A DNA stretch of 64,000 nt from Microbotryum violaceum (taxonomy: Eukaryota). Of this stretch, positions 11,131 through 23,191 are shown piece by piece. The number at the start of each line of letters is the position of its first letter. Positions within the stretch are counted from its first letter, which is position 1. The position numbers were made by a program, and so were the translations under genes. The notes under the pieces are model-generated. The model saw only the letters and a program-made list of their open reading frames with translations. It had not been told where the DNA came from and made no database searches. The DNA is taken from the NCBI GenBank assembly GCA_001244265.2, contig CDLV01000005.1, forward strand, positions 186,001 to 250,000. The letters are read 5' to 3'.

Positions 11131-12175
11131 TCATTCACCCCGGAGCACGTTCACGGTCACTATCGAAACATTACCGTCGGTACGGATGGAGTGGTTGATT
11201 CCATGTTTCTTGTGGGGGGTAAGAACGTGAGGTTTTGACTCGTCGCGAAGAACCTTATCTGGGAGGCAGGAGAGACCGTTCCGTTGTGGGACGTTGCGTT
11301 GCCTACGAATTCGTCCCGACCACGATCGTATCCGTTGGGTACAATATTGTGTCCCTCGCCAAGCGATTTCTCGACCGAGGCGGCGAGGAACCAAGCACTG
11401 GAGTTTGCCTTGGGGCCGTTCTGTTGCCAGTAACGAAAATGCGGGCCACCTTTAACGATCTCCGTCCATGTGCCAAGCTGGAGGTCAAAGTAATCGTATC
11501 GAAGCAGGTCGGTTTGATTATCTAATCGTACCAATAAACATTAGCATGGCTGGGAATGCAAGAGGTCCCGGCTCTGGAACCCCCTGATTGACACCTTACG
11601 ACGTCCAACGACCGCACTCACGTGGTCCGTTCCCATCGCCGAGGTCGGCGAGTTGCTTCCCACCGAGTGTGATATCGCCGGGTTGAATCGCGTATTGAAT
11701 CGACAAGCACCAATCTTGGAAGCCGTGTTCGGTCAGGATGTAAGAATCCGAGTTGCCGGAGATGACGATGTTGATGGGTTCGCCGAGAGAGCCGTTATGG
11801 GCCGCGTACTTTTGCGGATCGAGTACATGGATCAGCGTCTGAGTGTATGAGAAGCACAGCAGCCCGACTGCGGACTCTCTCCGGAGTGTCTCATGCGAAC
11901 GACCTGTGCGCCGCGTTCGGCGTCCCTAGAGCGCCACGCTGCCTGGAGCTGGGGTTCACGGGAACGGCCTCAAGCAACTGCACTCACCGTCAGCCACCTG
12001 CCCCCACCATCCTTAACGTCGTAGAATCCCAATCCTTGGTAGCCCTTAGGTTCGCTATCACTGAGCGCGGCCGTGGGGGAGGAGGCGCGGCGTTGACTGA
12101 AAGAGGGCTCAAGCTGACGAGGGCGACAAGGGCCGAGAGGAGGGGTATCGCACGGAAGCGGCTGTTGAGCGCCAT
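11131..12175 (-). CDS. Secreted-protein family, array copy 3 (same two homopolymer frameshifts)
   Basis: Essentially identical to 5311-6355. G5 at 12075-12079, G6 at 11214-11219. Confidence 0.75.
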
Positions 12176-12381
12176 GCCTTTGTCGAAGCCCAAGGATCTG
12201 ATGACCCTGTTGTGATGTAACTGATTGTGGTATCTGAAGCTGGCCGAGGAAAAGAGAAGGAAGAAACCGGTAGGAGGGAGAAGTGTCTGCCGAATGACAA
12301 GCTCTTAGATTCGGTCTTTGAACAAGACTAGTTGCGGAAAGAGCGTCAGTTTCGGCATGTCTCCTGTCTACGGAGTGAGAT

Positions 12382-12623
12382 AGGACCCTGGAAAGCTCAG
12401 CCGAAGGTGCGTCTCGAAAAACCCCGTTTTTAGGCCGATTTTGTACACCGAATATCCCTATATAAGGGTGTATGTATTCCGGTGTAAAACCAGATTATCG
12501 GGTTGTGTTGAAAAAGTTACTCTACCATGAAAAATCACGTCATGTAGCATATCACAAGGCATAAATGGGCCCGAAAAGTACAGATCTCCGAGACGCACAT
12601 TGGGCTGAGCTTTCCCGGGTCCT
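12382..12623. mobile_element. MITE, array copy 3
   Basis: Matches 739-980, with AGTGAGAT TSD. Confidence 0.9.
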
Positions 12624-13354
12624 AGTGAGATCTACACGGGCAACCCTATGGGGATCCGTTTCTGGTTTCCGTAAGTCCGGCTGGCGGGGCGGGTCGTATG
12701 GATTCCGTAGTCTAACAGACTAGAATGATCGGAATTACAATCCACTTCTCGCCAAATCCCATATTTCGGCATGAGAAACACAACAGACGACCGGTACATG
12801 CTCTGAGGTCTTATATAACCTTTTCATCCGTGATATTTGCTGACAAGTCGATGTTGTCATGTTTTACAAACTATAAGAAATCCAGCAGGAAAACGCATGC
12901 GAGGGTTGACATTCAAAGAAGACGTGTTGAAGGGAATTGCTGCTTGGTAGTTTCCCATTAGCTCCCGAACAATCCCACACCAAGAGCACAATTCATGAAG
13001 TTACTTACTCGAATCCGTAGCTATACTGCATGCTGCAGCCGTTTCTTTGAGAAAACTTGTCCCGTATTCGTTGTAGAGCTTCCACGATGACCGCTTCAGG
13101 TGTCGCGAGCTCGAGGCCAATTTGTCTCGAGCACAGTTCGGGTCGGCCCACCAGTTCAATGTCCGCATGTTTGTTTGCGCTTGCACCGTGCCGCTGTTAG
13201 TATAGGTAGGGTCTAAAAGTCAGGCAAGGACTAATACTTACAGAGAGATGCAGTACCTCAACTTTCCCCCTAGAAGTCAGCATTGATGATGCAAGCGTCG
13301 ACGATTTGTGTAGGCGATGACTTGGGAATAACGGGAAGGCATGGCTTCGGATCC

Positions 13355-13885
13355 TGTGGTACTCGGGATCTCGGGATCCCGTCGCGTGCAGCAAAGTCGG
13401 AAATGAGACCCCTGATGTCGGAAATGAGATAGGACTCCTGATCGTTGTGGAACTCGGGATCCCGTCGCGTGCCGCAAAGTCGGAAATGAGATGGGACTCT
13501 TGATCTCGTCGGCTGAATCAGAGTACTCGGGTCACGCGGGCGACGGCTAATTCGGTGGTCTCGGGGATCGGGCTGGAGTCGCCTAGTCGGGAAGTGCAGA
13601 TTCGGCTAACTCGGCCTAGCGCCACATGAGCGGATAAAAGTTCAGGACGAAGTATGGCGTGATCGGAGGGCCGAGTGTCGGAAAAGAGGAGGAAGCTGGC
13701 CCAGAGGGATTGGAGTGTCCTGGCGTCGGAGAGGAGTTTGCTTCTTGTTCTTAGGAAGACCACTTCTAGGATCCGATACAGCATCTTAGCTGGTTCTCAC
13801 TTTCTGTGTGTTTCGTTCTCGTACTCGGTCTCGTTTTCCCTTGTCATTTCATATCATCTTTGATCGACCGCTTTGCTATACCATA
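13355..13885 (+). mobile_element. Solo-LTR-like short element, array copy 3
   Basis: Matches 1712-2242. Confidence 0.8.
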
Positions 13886-14247
13886 ATCCCCTGTGATGTT
13901 ACAGTCGAACCGGTCAGTTAATCATGCTGCCCTGCGCTTTGCTTTTGAAAGATTGGCACACACCTGCCAGCGCGACTGCCACGGGATGGTGAGCCGCAGT
14001 CAGTTTTTCCGCTGTATCACTGACGTCCAATGTCTGTTTTTCGTAGCAGCTTGTCCGTCATATCTAAGACTGCACAGCCATGTCAAGGGATAACTCACGC
14101 ATGCAGTGTCACCAGCCGACGGTGAAGAAACGACTCAAGGGTTGACATTCAAAGAGGACGTGTTGAAGGGAATTTCTGCTTGATAGTTTTCCATTAGCTT
14201 CTGAACAATCCCACACCAAGAGACAGGATGGGGATGAAGGTGGCCGG

Positions 14248-15354
14248 TATGGTATAGCAAAGCGTTCGATCAAAGATGATATGGAATGATAAGGGAAAAC
14301 GGTGGAACCGAGACCGAAGACGAGGAAGACGAGAGACGAGAGACGACAGACGACAGACGACAGACGAGAGAGAGAGCGACAGGAACGGCCGAGAGACGAG
14401 ACGATGAAGGGGCCCAAACCGAGAAACGAGACCGAGAACGAGAACAAAACGCTGAGACTGGAGACTGGAGACGAGAGACGAGGCCGAACGAGACTTGAAA
14501 CACGCAGAAAGGAAGAACCAGCTAAGCTGCTGTATTGGATCCTAGAAGTGGTCTACCTAAAAACAAGAAGCAAACTCTCCTCAAACGTTCCGACCATTCA
14601 AACCGCTGCGCTCCTTTCATTCCCCTTCATCCCTTCAACCGCGCATCCGGCCCCACTCAAATCCCGCCACATGATTCGTCGCTGAAAGTCAAGCCTCGAG
14701 TCACCGAAGTACTGAGTTTATCCGGGACCGCTGAACCGCTGAGAAATCTGCCAAAACCGGCGTTTTGGCCCTGCCCGGACTAGGGAAACTGAAACGACTC
14801 CCGATTCGGCTCTCGAAACGACTTCGGAACTCGACCCTGCTTCAACCGAAACGACTTCGGAACTCGACGCTGCTTCGATCGAAACATTCCGCTACAGCCG
14901 CTGCTTCCGACGGAATCCCGAGTGTCAAGGATAGCTGGTTTCACCGTCCTCATCCGATTACAACATCTAAGTTGGTTCTTGGGATTGAGCCCAACGTGCC
15001 TTCATTTGGCCCGTTGGTATCTCAATCTCCCAGCTCTAATTGTCTCCTTAGTTCCTCTATTATTGCAGCGCTTTACTAGTTAGCCTTCCGCAAGTCTGTC
15101 CCCTAGTCTCTGGCCACTCTGTTCTTGTCCCTGTTCATTGGACTGAGTCGTGGTCATCATCAGATTCCACTAGAGAACAAACCGTGAAACCGAGTACCAC
15201 AGACCCCGCTAAAATGACGCGATCCCGCTACAACCGAAATGACTCCTGACGGATCCCGCTATGTCCGAAATGACTCCGACGGGATCCCGAGACAACCTGA
15301 ACCCGGCCCGCTATGTCGGAAATGTCTCCGACGGGATCCCGGGTACATACCACA
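14248..15354 (-). mobile_element. Solo-LTR-like long element, array copy 3
   Basis: Matches 2604-3710, TSD CCGG. Confidence 0.85.
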
Positions 15355-16954
15355 CCGGTCCGGCGATCTTGCACACGTAGTTGGAGGGGAACTAAATATC
15401 TCAAAGGTCATATAGACCGAGCTCAACAAGATGTTGTAGTCGTATGTTCCGGTCATGTTGAGGTCAGCCTCGAGACCAGCGAGGCGCGCACTGCAGGACA
15501 AGGTCCCGAAAGATGTGAGTACCGAGATTAGAATTTCAAACTCCCTGAGCAATCCACACACATGCCAATGTTTGTTCGATCGTTGACGCTATGCTGTCTT
15601 GGTAGTAGATCAGAGAGCAGACCGAACTCTTTTCGGGCACTCACCAAAGCAGGTGATGGATGGCCACGGTGAAGATCAAGCTTCCACCGAAGTTCCGCTT
15701 CCGCCTTTTCATCGGCGGCAATCAACGAGTTTACGTGAATATCCGTCGCCTCAAGTCCCTCCAGTGCAATCGAGTGGACTTTGAGCGTGAATGGAGACGG
15801 TACGGATGTTAGTATCTCTTTGGTAGGGTTCGTGACTGGCCGTCGCGAATGCTCGCTCACCTTTATGGAGTTGCAGCTTGTCCGATCAATGATCATCACT
15901 GCGATAACTCGGAAGCGGTGTCTAAATCGCTAGTAATGACCGTGCATCAGCTTGCGTCGTCTTTTACGAATTTTCGGAGTCGGTGTCTCACGAGATCATG
16001 AAACCCAGGCAGAGGTGAGGGCTGGCCGCTAAAAACCAATTGAAACTCGTTCTCATACTTGGATAAGCCCGTCGCCTCGGAACTCATCTCCGAGCTTCGT
16101 GGCAACGGCTCGAGCTCGAGGAAGGCTCTTGGTGCTCAAACGGCAGGGCCACTACCATCTAGCTCAATATTTTCATCGTGGCCAACCCAACATAGATCGT
16201 CACTCTAGGCTGTAGCTTGCTCGTTCTTGATCGCGCATCGCCGCTGTCGGCGCAACTGAATTTAACCGTGGCTGCAGTGAGTATCTTGACTCCTGTCTCT
16301 GCGGAAATGCCGGGTATTGATCGCATTGCCTCCATTCCTTCAAGCTACGTTCCTGTCAAAGTCGACTATACCGACCTCATTCCAATCATGGCCTTCTTTA
16401 TGGGCGACCTCGAGGGACGCGGGGCGCATGATTACTTGGGCGAGCGGATAGCTACACGGGGCCGGCTCTGGACCGAAATGTATTGGCGGTACGAGGATAT
16501 GCAAGCGTGTGAGTTCCACCTTCCCCTCACTTCAAGAAGAGCCCGGAAATCTGAAAAGTGGGTTCACTGATCATCTCAAGATGCGGCTGGCAGACTTCCT
16601 GCGCTTGGTACTCGAGTACGGACGAGTCTCGAGCAAAGAGTATCCGACCGACACGCGATTCGGTTATATTGCTTCAGTATAGGCGGAGACATCGTGGGGT
16701 TTATCTTTTATCCGTATTTGCTTTTGATTGTCTTGCAATCAAGTGTGTATCGCAGTAGCCTACCGTTGTCAAAGCCAGGTATCCCCTTTCGGGAAAGAGC
16801 AATCTGCACGGTATTGCAAGGATGTGAACATCTCCAGGTATAGAATCAGATGGCTACGAAAATTATATGGTTTCGAAAACGTCCTGCTAGTGCTGTACTG
16901 GGGGTAGGCAAGAGCTACTACGTGCGCTTGGAAGCCAGGCCCCCTTTACCCTTC

Positions 16955-18001
16955 TCATTCACCCCGGAGCACGTTCACGGTCACTATCGAAACATTACCG
17001 TCGGTACGGATGGAGTGGTTGATTCCATGTTTCATGTGGGGGGTAAGAACGTGAGGTTTTGACTCGTCGCGAAGAACCTTATCTGGGAGGCAGGAGAGAC
17101 CGTTCCGTTGTGGGACGTTGCGTTGCCTACGAATTCGTCCCGACCACGATCGTATCCGTTGGGTACAATATTGTGTCCCTCGCCAAGCGATTTCTCGACC
17201 GAGGCGGCGAGGAACCAAGCACTGGAGTTTGCCTTGGGGCCGTTCTGTTGCCAGTAACGAAAATGCGGGCCACCTTTAACGATCTCCGTCCATGTGCCAA
17301 GCTGGAGGTCAAAGTAATCGTATCGAAGCAGGTCGGTTTGATTATCTAATCGTACCAATAAACATTAGCATGGCTGGGAATGCAAGAGGTCCCGGCTCTG
17401 GAACCCCCTGATTGACACCTTACGACGTCCAACGACCGCACTCACGTGGTCCGTTCCCATCGCCGAGGTCGGCGAGTTGCTTCCCACCGAGTGTGATATC
17501 GCCGGGTTGAATCGCGTATTGAATCGACAAGCACCAATCTTGGAAGCCGTGTTCGGTCAGGATGTAAGAATCCGAGTTGCCGGAGATGACGATGTTGATG
17601 GGTTCGCCGAGAGAGCCGTTATGGGCCGCGTACTTTTGCGGATCGAGTACATGGATCAGCGTCTGAGTGTATGAGAAGCACAGCAGCCCGACTGCGGACT
17701 CTCTCCGGAGTGTCTCATGCGAACGACCTGTGCGCCGCGTTCGGCGTCCCTAGAGCGCCACGCTGCCTGGAGCTGGGGGTTCACGGGAACGGCCTCAAGC
17801 AACTGCACTCACCGTCAGCCACCTGCCCCCACCATCCTTAACGTCGTAGAATCCCAATCCTTGGTAGCCCTTAGGTTCGCTATCACTGAGCGCGGCCGTG
17901 GGGGGAGGAGGCGCGGCGTTGACTGAAAGAAGGCTCAAGCTGACGAGGGCGACAAGGGCCGAGAGGAGGGGTATCGCACGGAAGCGGCTGTTGAGCGCCA
18001 T
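16955..18001 (-). CDS. Secreted-protein family, array copy 4 (exon 1 in frame; one homopolymer frameshift in exon 3)
   Basis: G6 at 17900-17905 gives a continuous MALNSR...NAAPPPPTAALSDSEPKGYQGLGFYDVKDGGGRWLT. G6 at 17038-17043 is still one base short of colinearity with the paralogues. Confidence 0.78.
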
Positions 18002-19762
18002 GCCTTTGTCGAAGCCCAAGGATCTGATGACCCTGTTGTGATGTAACTGATTGTGGTATCTGAAGCTGGCCGAGGAAAAGAGAAGGAAGAAACCGGTAGG
18101 AGGGAGAAGTGTCTCTGCCGAATGACACGATGTCAGACTTTGTCTTCGAACAAGATTTAGCTGTCAGTACATGACTCATGTCAGTACATGTCTCAGAATA
18201 GAGACAGCACCAGTTTCGGCATGTCTTCTGTCTACGGAATGAGATCTAGTCTCAAACATTATCGTTTGAACCAGTGGGGAACAGGAGAATCGAACGGTAT
18301 AGTGACGAAAGACAGCAGAGAAACTATTTTTCACTCAGCGCGGCCAGGACTTGGCGAGGTTGCGATGGCCCTCCCTGGCGACCTTGGGACCGGGGCATAG
18401 TGGCGAGGGTTTCTCCTTGAATGAGTGTCGCAAAATTCGATGAGAGTGGGAAAAAGGAAAAGGTTAGAGGAAGTGGCGCGGGTTTGTTCACGGGGTGTGA
18501 TTCGTTGTTCAGCCCCTAATACCGCTGGTCGGCTGCGGGAATGACACTGACACTGCCGGCGCGCCGCATCACGTGACAGACGCCATCGCGCGAAACATAC
18601 AGAGCTTGTACATGACTTCTGATCGGAACATGTACACCACAGGCAGGTGCGACAGACACAACAATATGCTGGTACATCCACCACAGGCGGCCCGGGGGGC
18701 TCAACCTAGTTAAAAACAGCGATTTTAGGTACTTTCCTTAACTCGCACTTTTTTTGACTAGTTAGAGTAATCACTGGTCATCATAGCGGGCACTTCATAT
18801 GGAAACCCAGAGACGCCCCTCAATCACCAATTTGCGATAATCGGTGTCATAAGTCCAACGTCGGAAGAATTCTAGCCCACGATGGATCACCCCCCTGCGG
18901 TTGATCCATGGTCTCCGGGACCCTGGCTCATACTATACCACCTGTGATAGTCTGTGACATCGGTATACACAGAGAGTCACTCCGATCGCTTCCTCGGAGC
19001 AAATCGCCGCCCGCTTTGGCCATGCGAGGCGTGAGTGCCGACCACGCAGGCTTTCGGACAGAAGAGCCGCAGATCTGAAACTAGCCCAGATGCGAAACGG
19101 CCTCAAGTCTCTTGAAATGGACAGGGACCATGGACGTATAAAGTGTCTAAAGAATCCTGTACGGTGTCAAGTTTGAAGTCATAGATTGCAGCTGGTCTTG
19201 TCCAAAGACATAATCTAACAAACGCTAGATCCGCTGGACCACCATTATCGGCTGTCAGGAGCTCAGATTACTCAGCGGGTAGGCGGAAGTAAAGGGGGGT
19301 GTAGTACTCTCGGGGTGCTTGAAGAACACACAGTTCCCAACCAGTCGATTGTCAAGTGAGGAGATTGGGGTCCAGTGAATGATGAGAAAAGAGGAAAAGA
19401 GAGACGAGAGCCACAAATCGCTATCTGAGGAGATCTGGGGATATGAAACGGGGAGATGTCGACAACGCAATTCTTTGTGCTGAGCCAGGACAATAGAGAC
19501 GGATGAGACAATAAAAAAGAAAGTATGACAAGAGGATTCACAATGGTTGTCAGTCAAAGGCAGGGAAAATGAAAGGGAGGTCAGGCAAGTCGGTCCGTTG
19601 GTCCGAGTTTTGAGATTGGACTTCCCGCCGAGTGGCTGCCGAACCTTACATCGGCCTCCCTCTCTTCTTCCTCACCTCGTACATGTGAGTGACCCCTTGT
19701 CATTTCATCCAGTAGACCGAGGAACACACCCTTCGATTCTCGCTCTCTTCTCCACCACGGAA

Positions 19763-20890
19763 ATGTTAACATCGTCTCGCAAGCTGCTCGCTCTCATCGT
19801 CACGGCAATCGTCGCTGTCCTGTCGATCGCCGCAAGGCTCGTCCAGGTCACAGAGGGGTTGGCCACGGGGGAAGCCTTGCTGTTGAATCCCAGCCTGCGA
19901 GGCATCACCCTAATTCAAACAGGGTTCAGGCTTGGGCTTCTACGATGTAGGGCTGAGGACGAAAGCCGCTGGTATGACTCTGAGTGTACCCCACCCCACC
20001 TGCAACAGAACGCGTGTAACTGCTGAGAGCTAGGTTTATCCTGACAACGGTCGGGTGGGGTTCATCGGCGGGTACGCAATAGTGCACACAGCCCTCTCTA
20101 ATAGGCTCTTTGCCATCTGCCTTGGGCCGACCCGAGCAAGTGACCGACAGGAGAGCCTCTTTTGAACCCCGCGTTACCGCCCTGACTTCGAATTGCGACT
20201 CCGAATTCCAACTCGGCTTATTTTCTCTCGACATTCATCACCTTCGTGTGAGCAATGAGTTGCACACGTCGCGAGACAAAGGTAATCCCGGTCCAGCTTT
20301 GGGCGAACCGCTAAATGTCTTCATCTCGCCGTATTCGGATCCTAACTTTTTGACGGGAGCCGGATCCAAAGACGGGTGCCTTTCAATCCAGTTTCAAGGC
20401 GCTGACATGCTGTCTACGACAGGTGTCACGAAGGTCACTGACTTCGGCGACGGCCACAGACCGCGTAAGCGAAGTGTCGACACAGCTGCCCGCGCTGAGT
20501 ATAAGCCAGTTAGCCGCCGTGGTCCGTCACGGGCTGCCAGGAATACTGGGCCAATCCGTTCGAGCCTCAGACGCTGACGGAGGTGCCGTATTTCGAGATA
20601 TACGGCTGGTCGAGATAGCTCGTTGGCAAATTGGTGCGCTTGGTCCCTTGCTGTTGGGGTCAGTGAAAAGCAATCCGGTGATTTTGAAGTCTTTCTGAGA
20701 GGATGATGGCGCGCGGAACGGGCTCGTCGGCAATGCAACGGCAACAAAGCGGACCGTGGCCCCTGGGGCGAGCCGGCACTTCTCGGCGTCGGCTCGATCG
20801 ATGCAATACCTCGAGCCCGATTTCGGCCGCGATCTCGACGACGGTGCCCCGACGGTTGGGAAAGGGTCCATCTTGACCGTCAAGGTTGTT
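19763..20890 (+). pseudogene. Decayed paralogue of the secreted-protein family
   Basis: Signal-like MLTSSRKLLALIVTAIVAVLSIAA. Family motifs LGEPLNVFISPYSDPNFLTGAG...LSIQF...DFGDGHRP with a GTAAGC donor, and ILTVKV at ~20870-20890. Intervening frames carry stops and frameshifts. Confidence 0.75.
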
Positions 20891-21574
20891 GGCAAGAGTT
20901 AGCTTCAAGAGCAATCCATCATCAAGAAGCGCAAGAAGAAGGGCGGTCTGCGGGCGGCATACTAGCTATAGGAGGTTCGGATCACAGATTTGCCTTTCGA
21001 TCAATGTTTGCAACTTCGTCTGTGTCTGTACGTTTCTGCCGCTCAGAGTTCTGCATACTAGTTTCGGTGTTCTTCTTTCTGGCCTTATGTTATGCCTAAA
21101 TCAATTGGCGAACGTTGTGGATATTTGCTCTTTTGATCGCCGACTCACACCGTGGATGCAATCGTGCGCCACGCTACCAGCCCGGAAGTTGAGTCACAGT
21201 TGACTTAGTATACAGCATGTATGCCTTCAACGCCAAATCCTCCGAGTGGGGCGCTGAAATGAACCCGCCCCGCCGCTCTGAGCTCGCTGCACCGGTTGCA
21301 GTGAGACAAAAGTCGTGGCGCCTGGACCGCGGCGATTCCTTGGTAGCTGCGTCACAGGGGCGCGCCGTCTCGGCGGGCGAGTTGGGCTTGGTGCGCTTGG
21401 GCCTCCGCAGCTCGAGCGCACCGCCGACACCAGCGAGACCGCTCCGCCTCCCGCCTTCCGGCTCCATACCAAGCCCCCACGCCATCCCCCGCGACACAGC
21501 CGTGTCATCAGCACCCAACCCCGATGCTTGCAGCCATTGATGCGTGTCCAACTCACCGTCATTCTGGCTCAGCA

Positions 21575-22920
21575 ATGCTGGCCGCCATTGGTCGCTGGGC
21601 GCTGCTATTGCTCGGACTCGCGACGATCGTGTCAGTGACGGTTGTCGACGCCGCGGCGATTTCGAATGCTACGACCAACGGCACGGCCACGGCGAATACG
21701 ACCAACACCAATGCCGCCAATACGATGACGACCTACCAAGATGATCTGGGATTCTACAATGTCACCCCTGGAGGAGGTAGATGGCTGACGGTGAGTGTGC
21801 GACTGCCATATCCGGTCACCGAATCGATCGCTCGTCATCGTCACCACGGCGCAGGCGCGAGGCCGCGTCCGACCGAGCTTGCGAAAACCATCGCCGAGCT
21901 TCTACGCACACGGACCTCGCGCTGGCGGAAGATCCGACTCCAAAGATAAACCCATGCGGGGGCAACAACGCTTCGAATACGAAACAAAAGCTGACTCATT
22001 GTCGATTCAATCCCAGTACGCCGTTGATGGCACCTTGTTGGGTGAACCGATCAACGTCGTTGTCTCGGCTGATTCGGACCCCCTCATCATGACCGAGGCG
22101 GGCCTCAACGACTGGTTACTTTCGATTCAGTATGGCGCCGAGTTCCTCAACGTATCTCTCGGAACCAAGCAGAAGGCCGATCTCGGCGACGGGAATGGGC
22201 GGCGTAAGTTGTGGCTCTGAAAAGCCAATGCTCGCTGGCTCGGAGGTCGGAAGAGCGAAAACTTGGAACCGACTATACCCGCATTGAGCTACATCGGTGG
22301 GCTGACGGTTCCTGGGATCCCACCTTGTACAGGAAACCAAAGCGAAATTCTGCGATACAACTACTTCGATACCATCTACGGCACCCTGCACGAGTCGGTC
22401 AACGGTGGATCACACGTACGGATCTGGAACCAGAACGGCCCGACCGCGGACTCGGGAGCATGGTTCATCGCTGCCTCGGTCGAGTACCCTGCGGCGATGG
22501 GGCATCTCATCAAACCCAACGGTTACGACCTGGGTCGGGACGAAGTCGTCGGGAATGCGACGATGAAAAACGGAACGATTTCGCCTGCGACGAACCGTAC
22601 CTTTTCGGCAACGAGTCAACTGATCCAGTTCCTTCCTGCCAACTCGAGCGCGAATATCAACCACGACATCGAGACCGACGGTAACGTGGCCATCTTGACC
22701 GTCAAGGTCACAAACAATGGCTCTGCCAATGCCAGTGCCAAGAGCGGGTCGTGAGTACTACCTTCCGGCTCTTGGAAATCTTTTGCAGAAAGACTTGATC
22801 TAATCTCCGCTTTCTTGTTAACACAGTATGGCCTCAATGCTGACTTTCATGCCCCTTCAAGCCAAAATTCTCGTCATGGCTTCAACCGTTCTTTCCATCG
22901 CCTTCGCCTTGCTCCTATGA
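21575..22920 (+). CDS. Intact secreted, N-glycosylated, probably GPI-anchored family member (exons 21575-21790, 22017-22203, 22333-22750, 22827-22920)
   Basis: Signal peptide MLAAIGRWALLLLGLATIVSVTVVDA and several NxT/S sites. Motifs GEPINVVVSADSDP, GGSHVRIWNQNG...AWFIAASVE and PNGYDLGRDEVVGNAT. All introns are GT-AG with consistent phases. The C-terminus SAKSGSMASMLTFMPLQAKILVMASTVLSIAFALLL* is GPI-signal-like. Confidence 0.9.
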
Positions 22921-23191
22921 GCTGGCGACCCTGTTGTACCATCGAATATCATATTGCGGAAGCCCTATCCTCGGCCCCGAGACTGGACCAACATAGACGG
23001 CTTTGCGCATGCGATACAAAGCCACCTGCATACCTGCACACACCCTCGTGACTCCCGAACCTGGAAGAGAGGGATGGTACCGTAATGTTGAAATTATCAT
23101 CAAGCTCTGCCTCTTGTTTGCCTCATCGTTTCAATATGACTTCAAAACCATGCGGGTGTATTGCAGATGTGAGACAAGATACGATGGTCTA

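Larger units (their letters stand above)
1..18248. repeat. Tandem array of a ~5.82-kb unit (units start at 1, 5822, 11642, 17466; fourth unit partial; array runs off the left edge)
   Basis: Identical ORFs recur at 12, 5833, 11653 and 17477 (offsets 5821, 5820, 5824). Homology ends at ...TGAGATCTA (18248). Differences between units are mostly 1-bp homopolymer indels, plus a variable patch at unit position ~645-705. Confidence 0.97.

Noticed and set aside
19253-19530. TGTCA...TGACA segment as a possible solo LTR
   Set aside because: No TSD and no second copy in the window.
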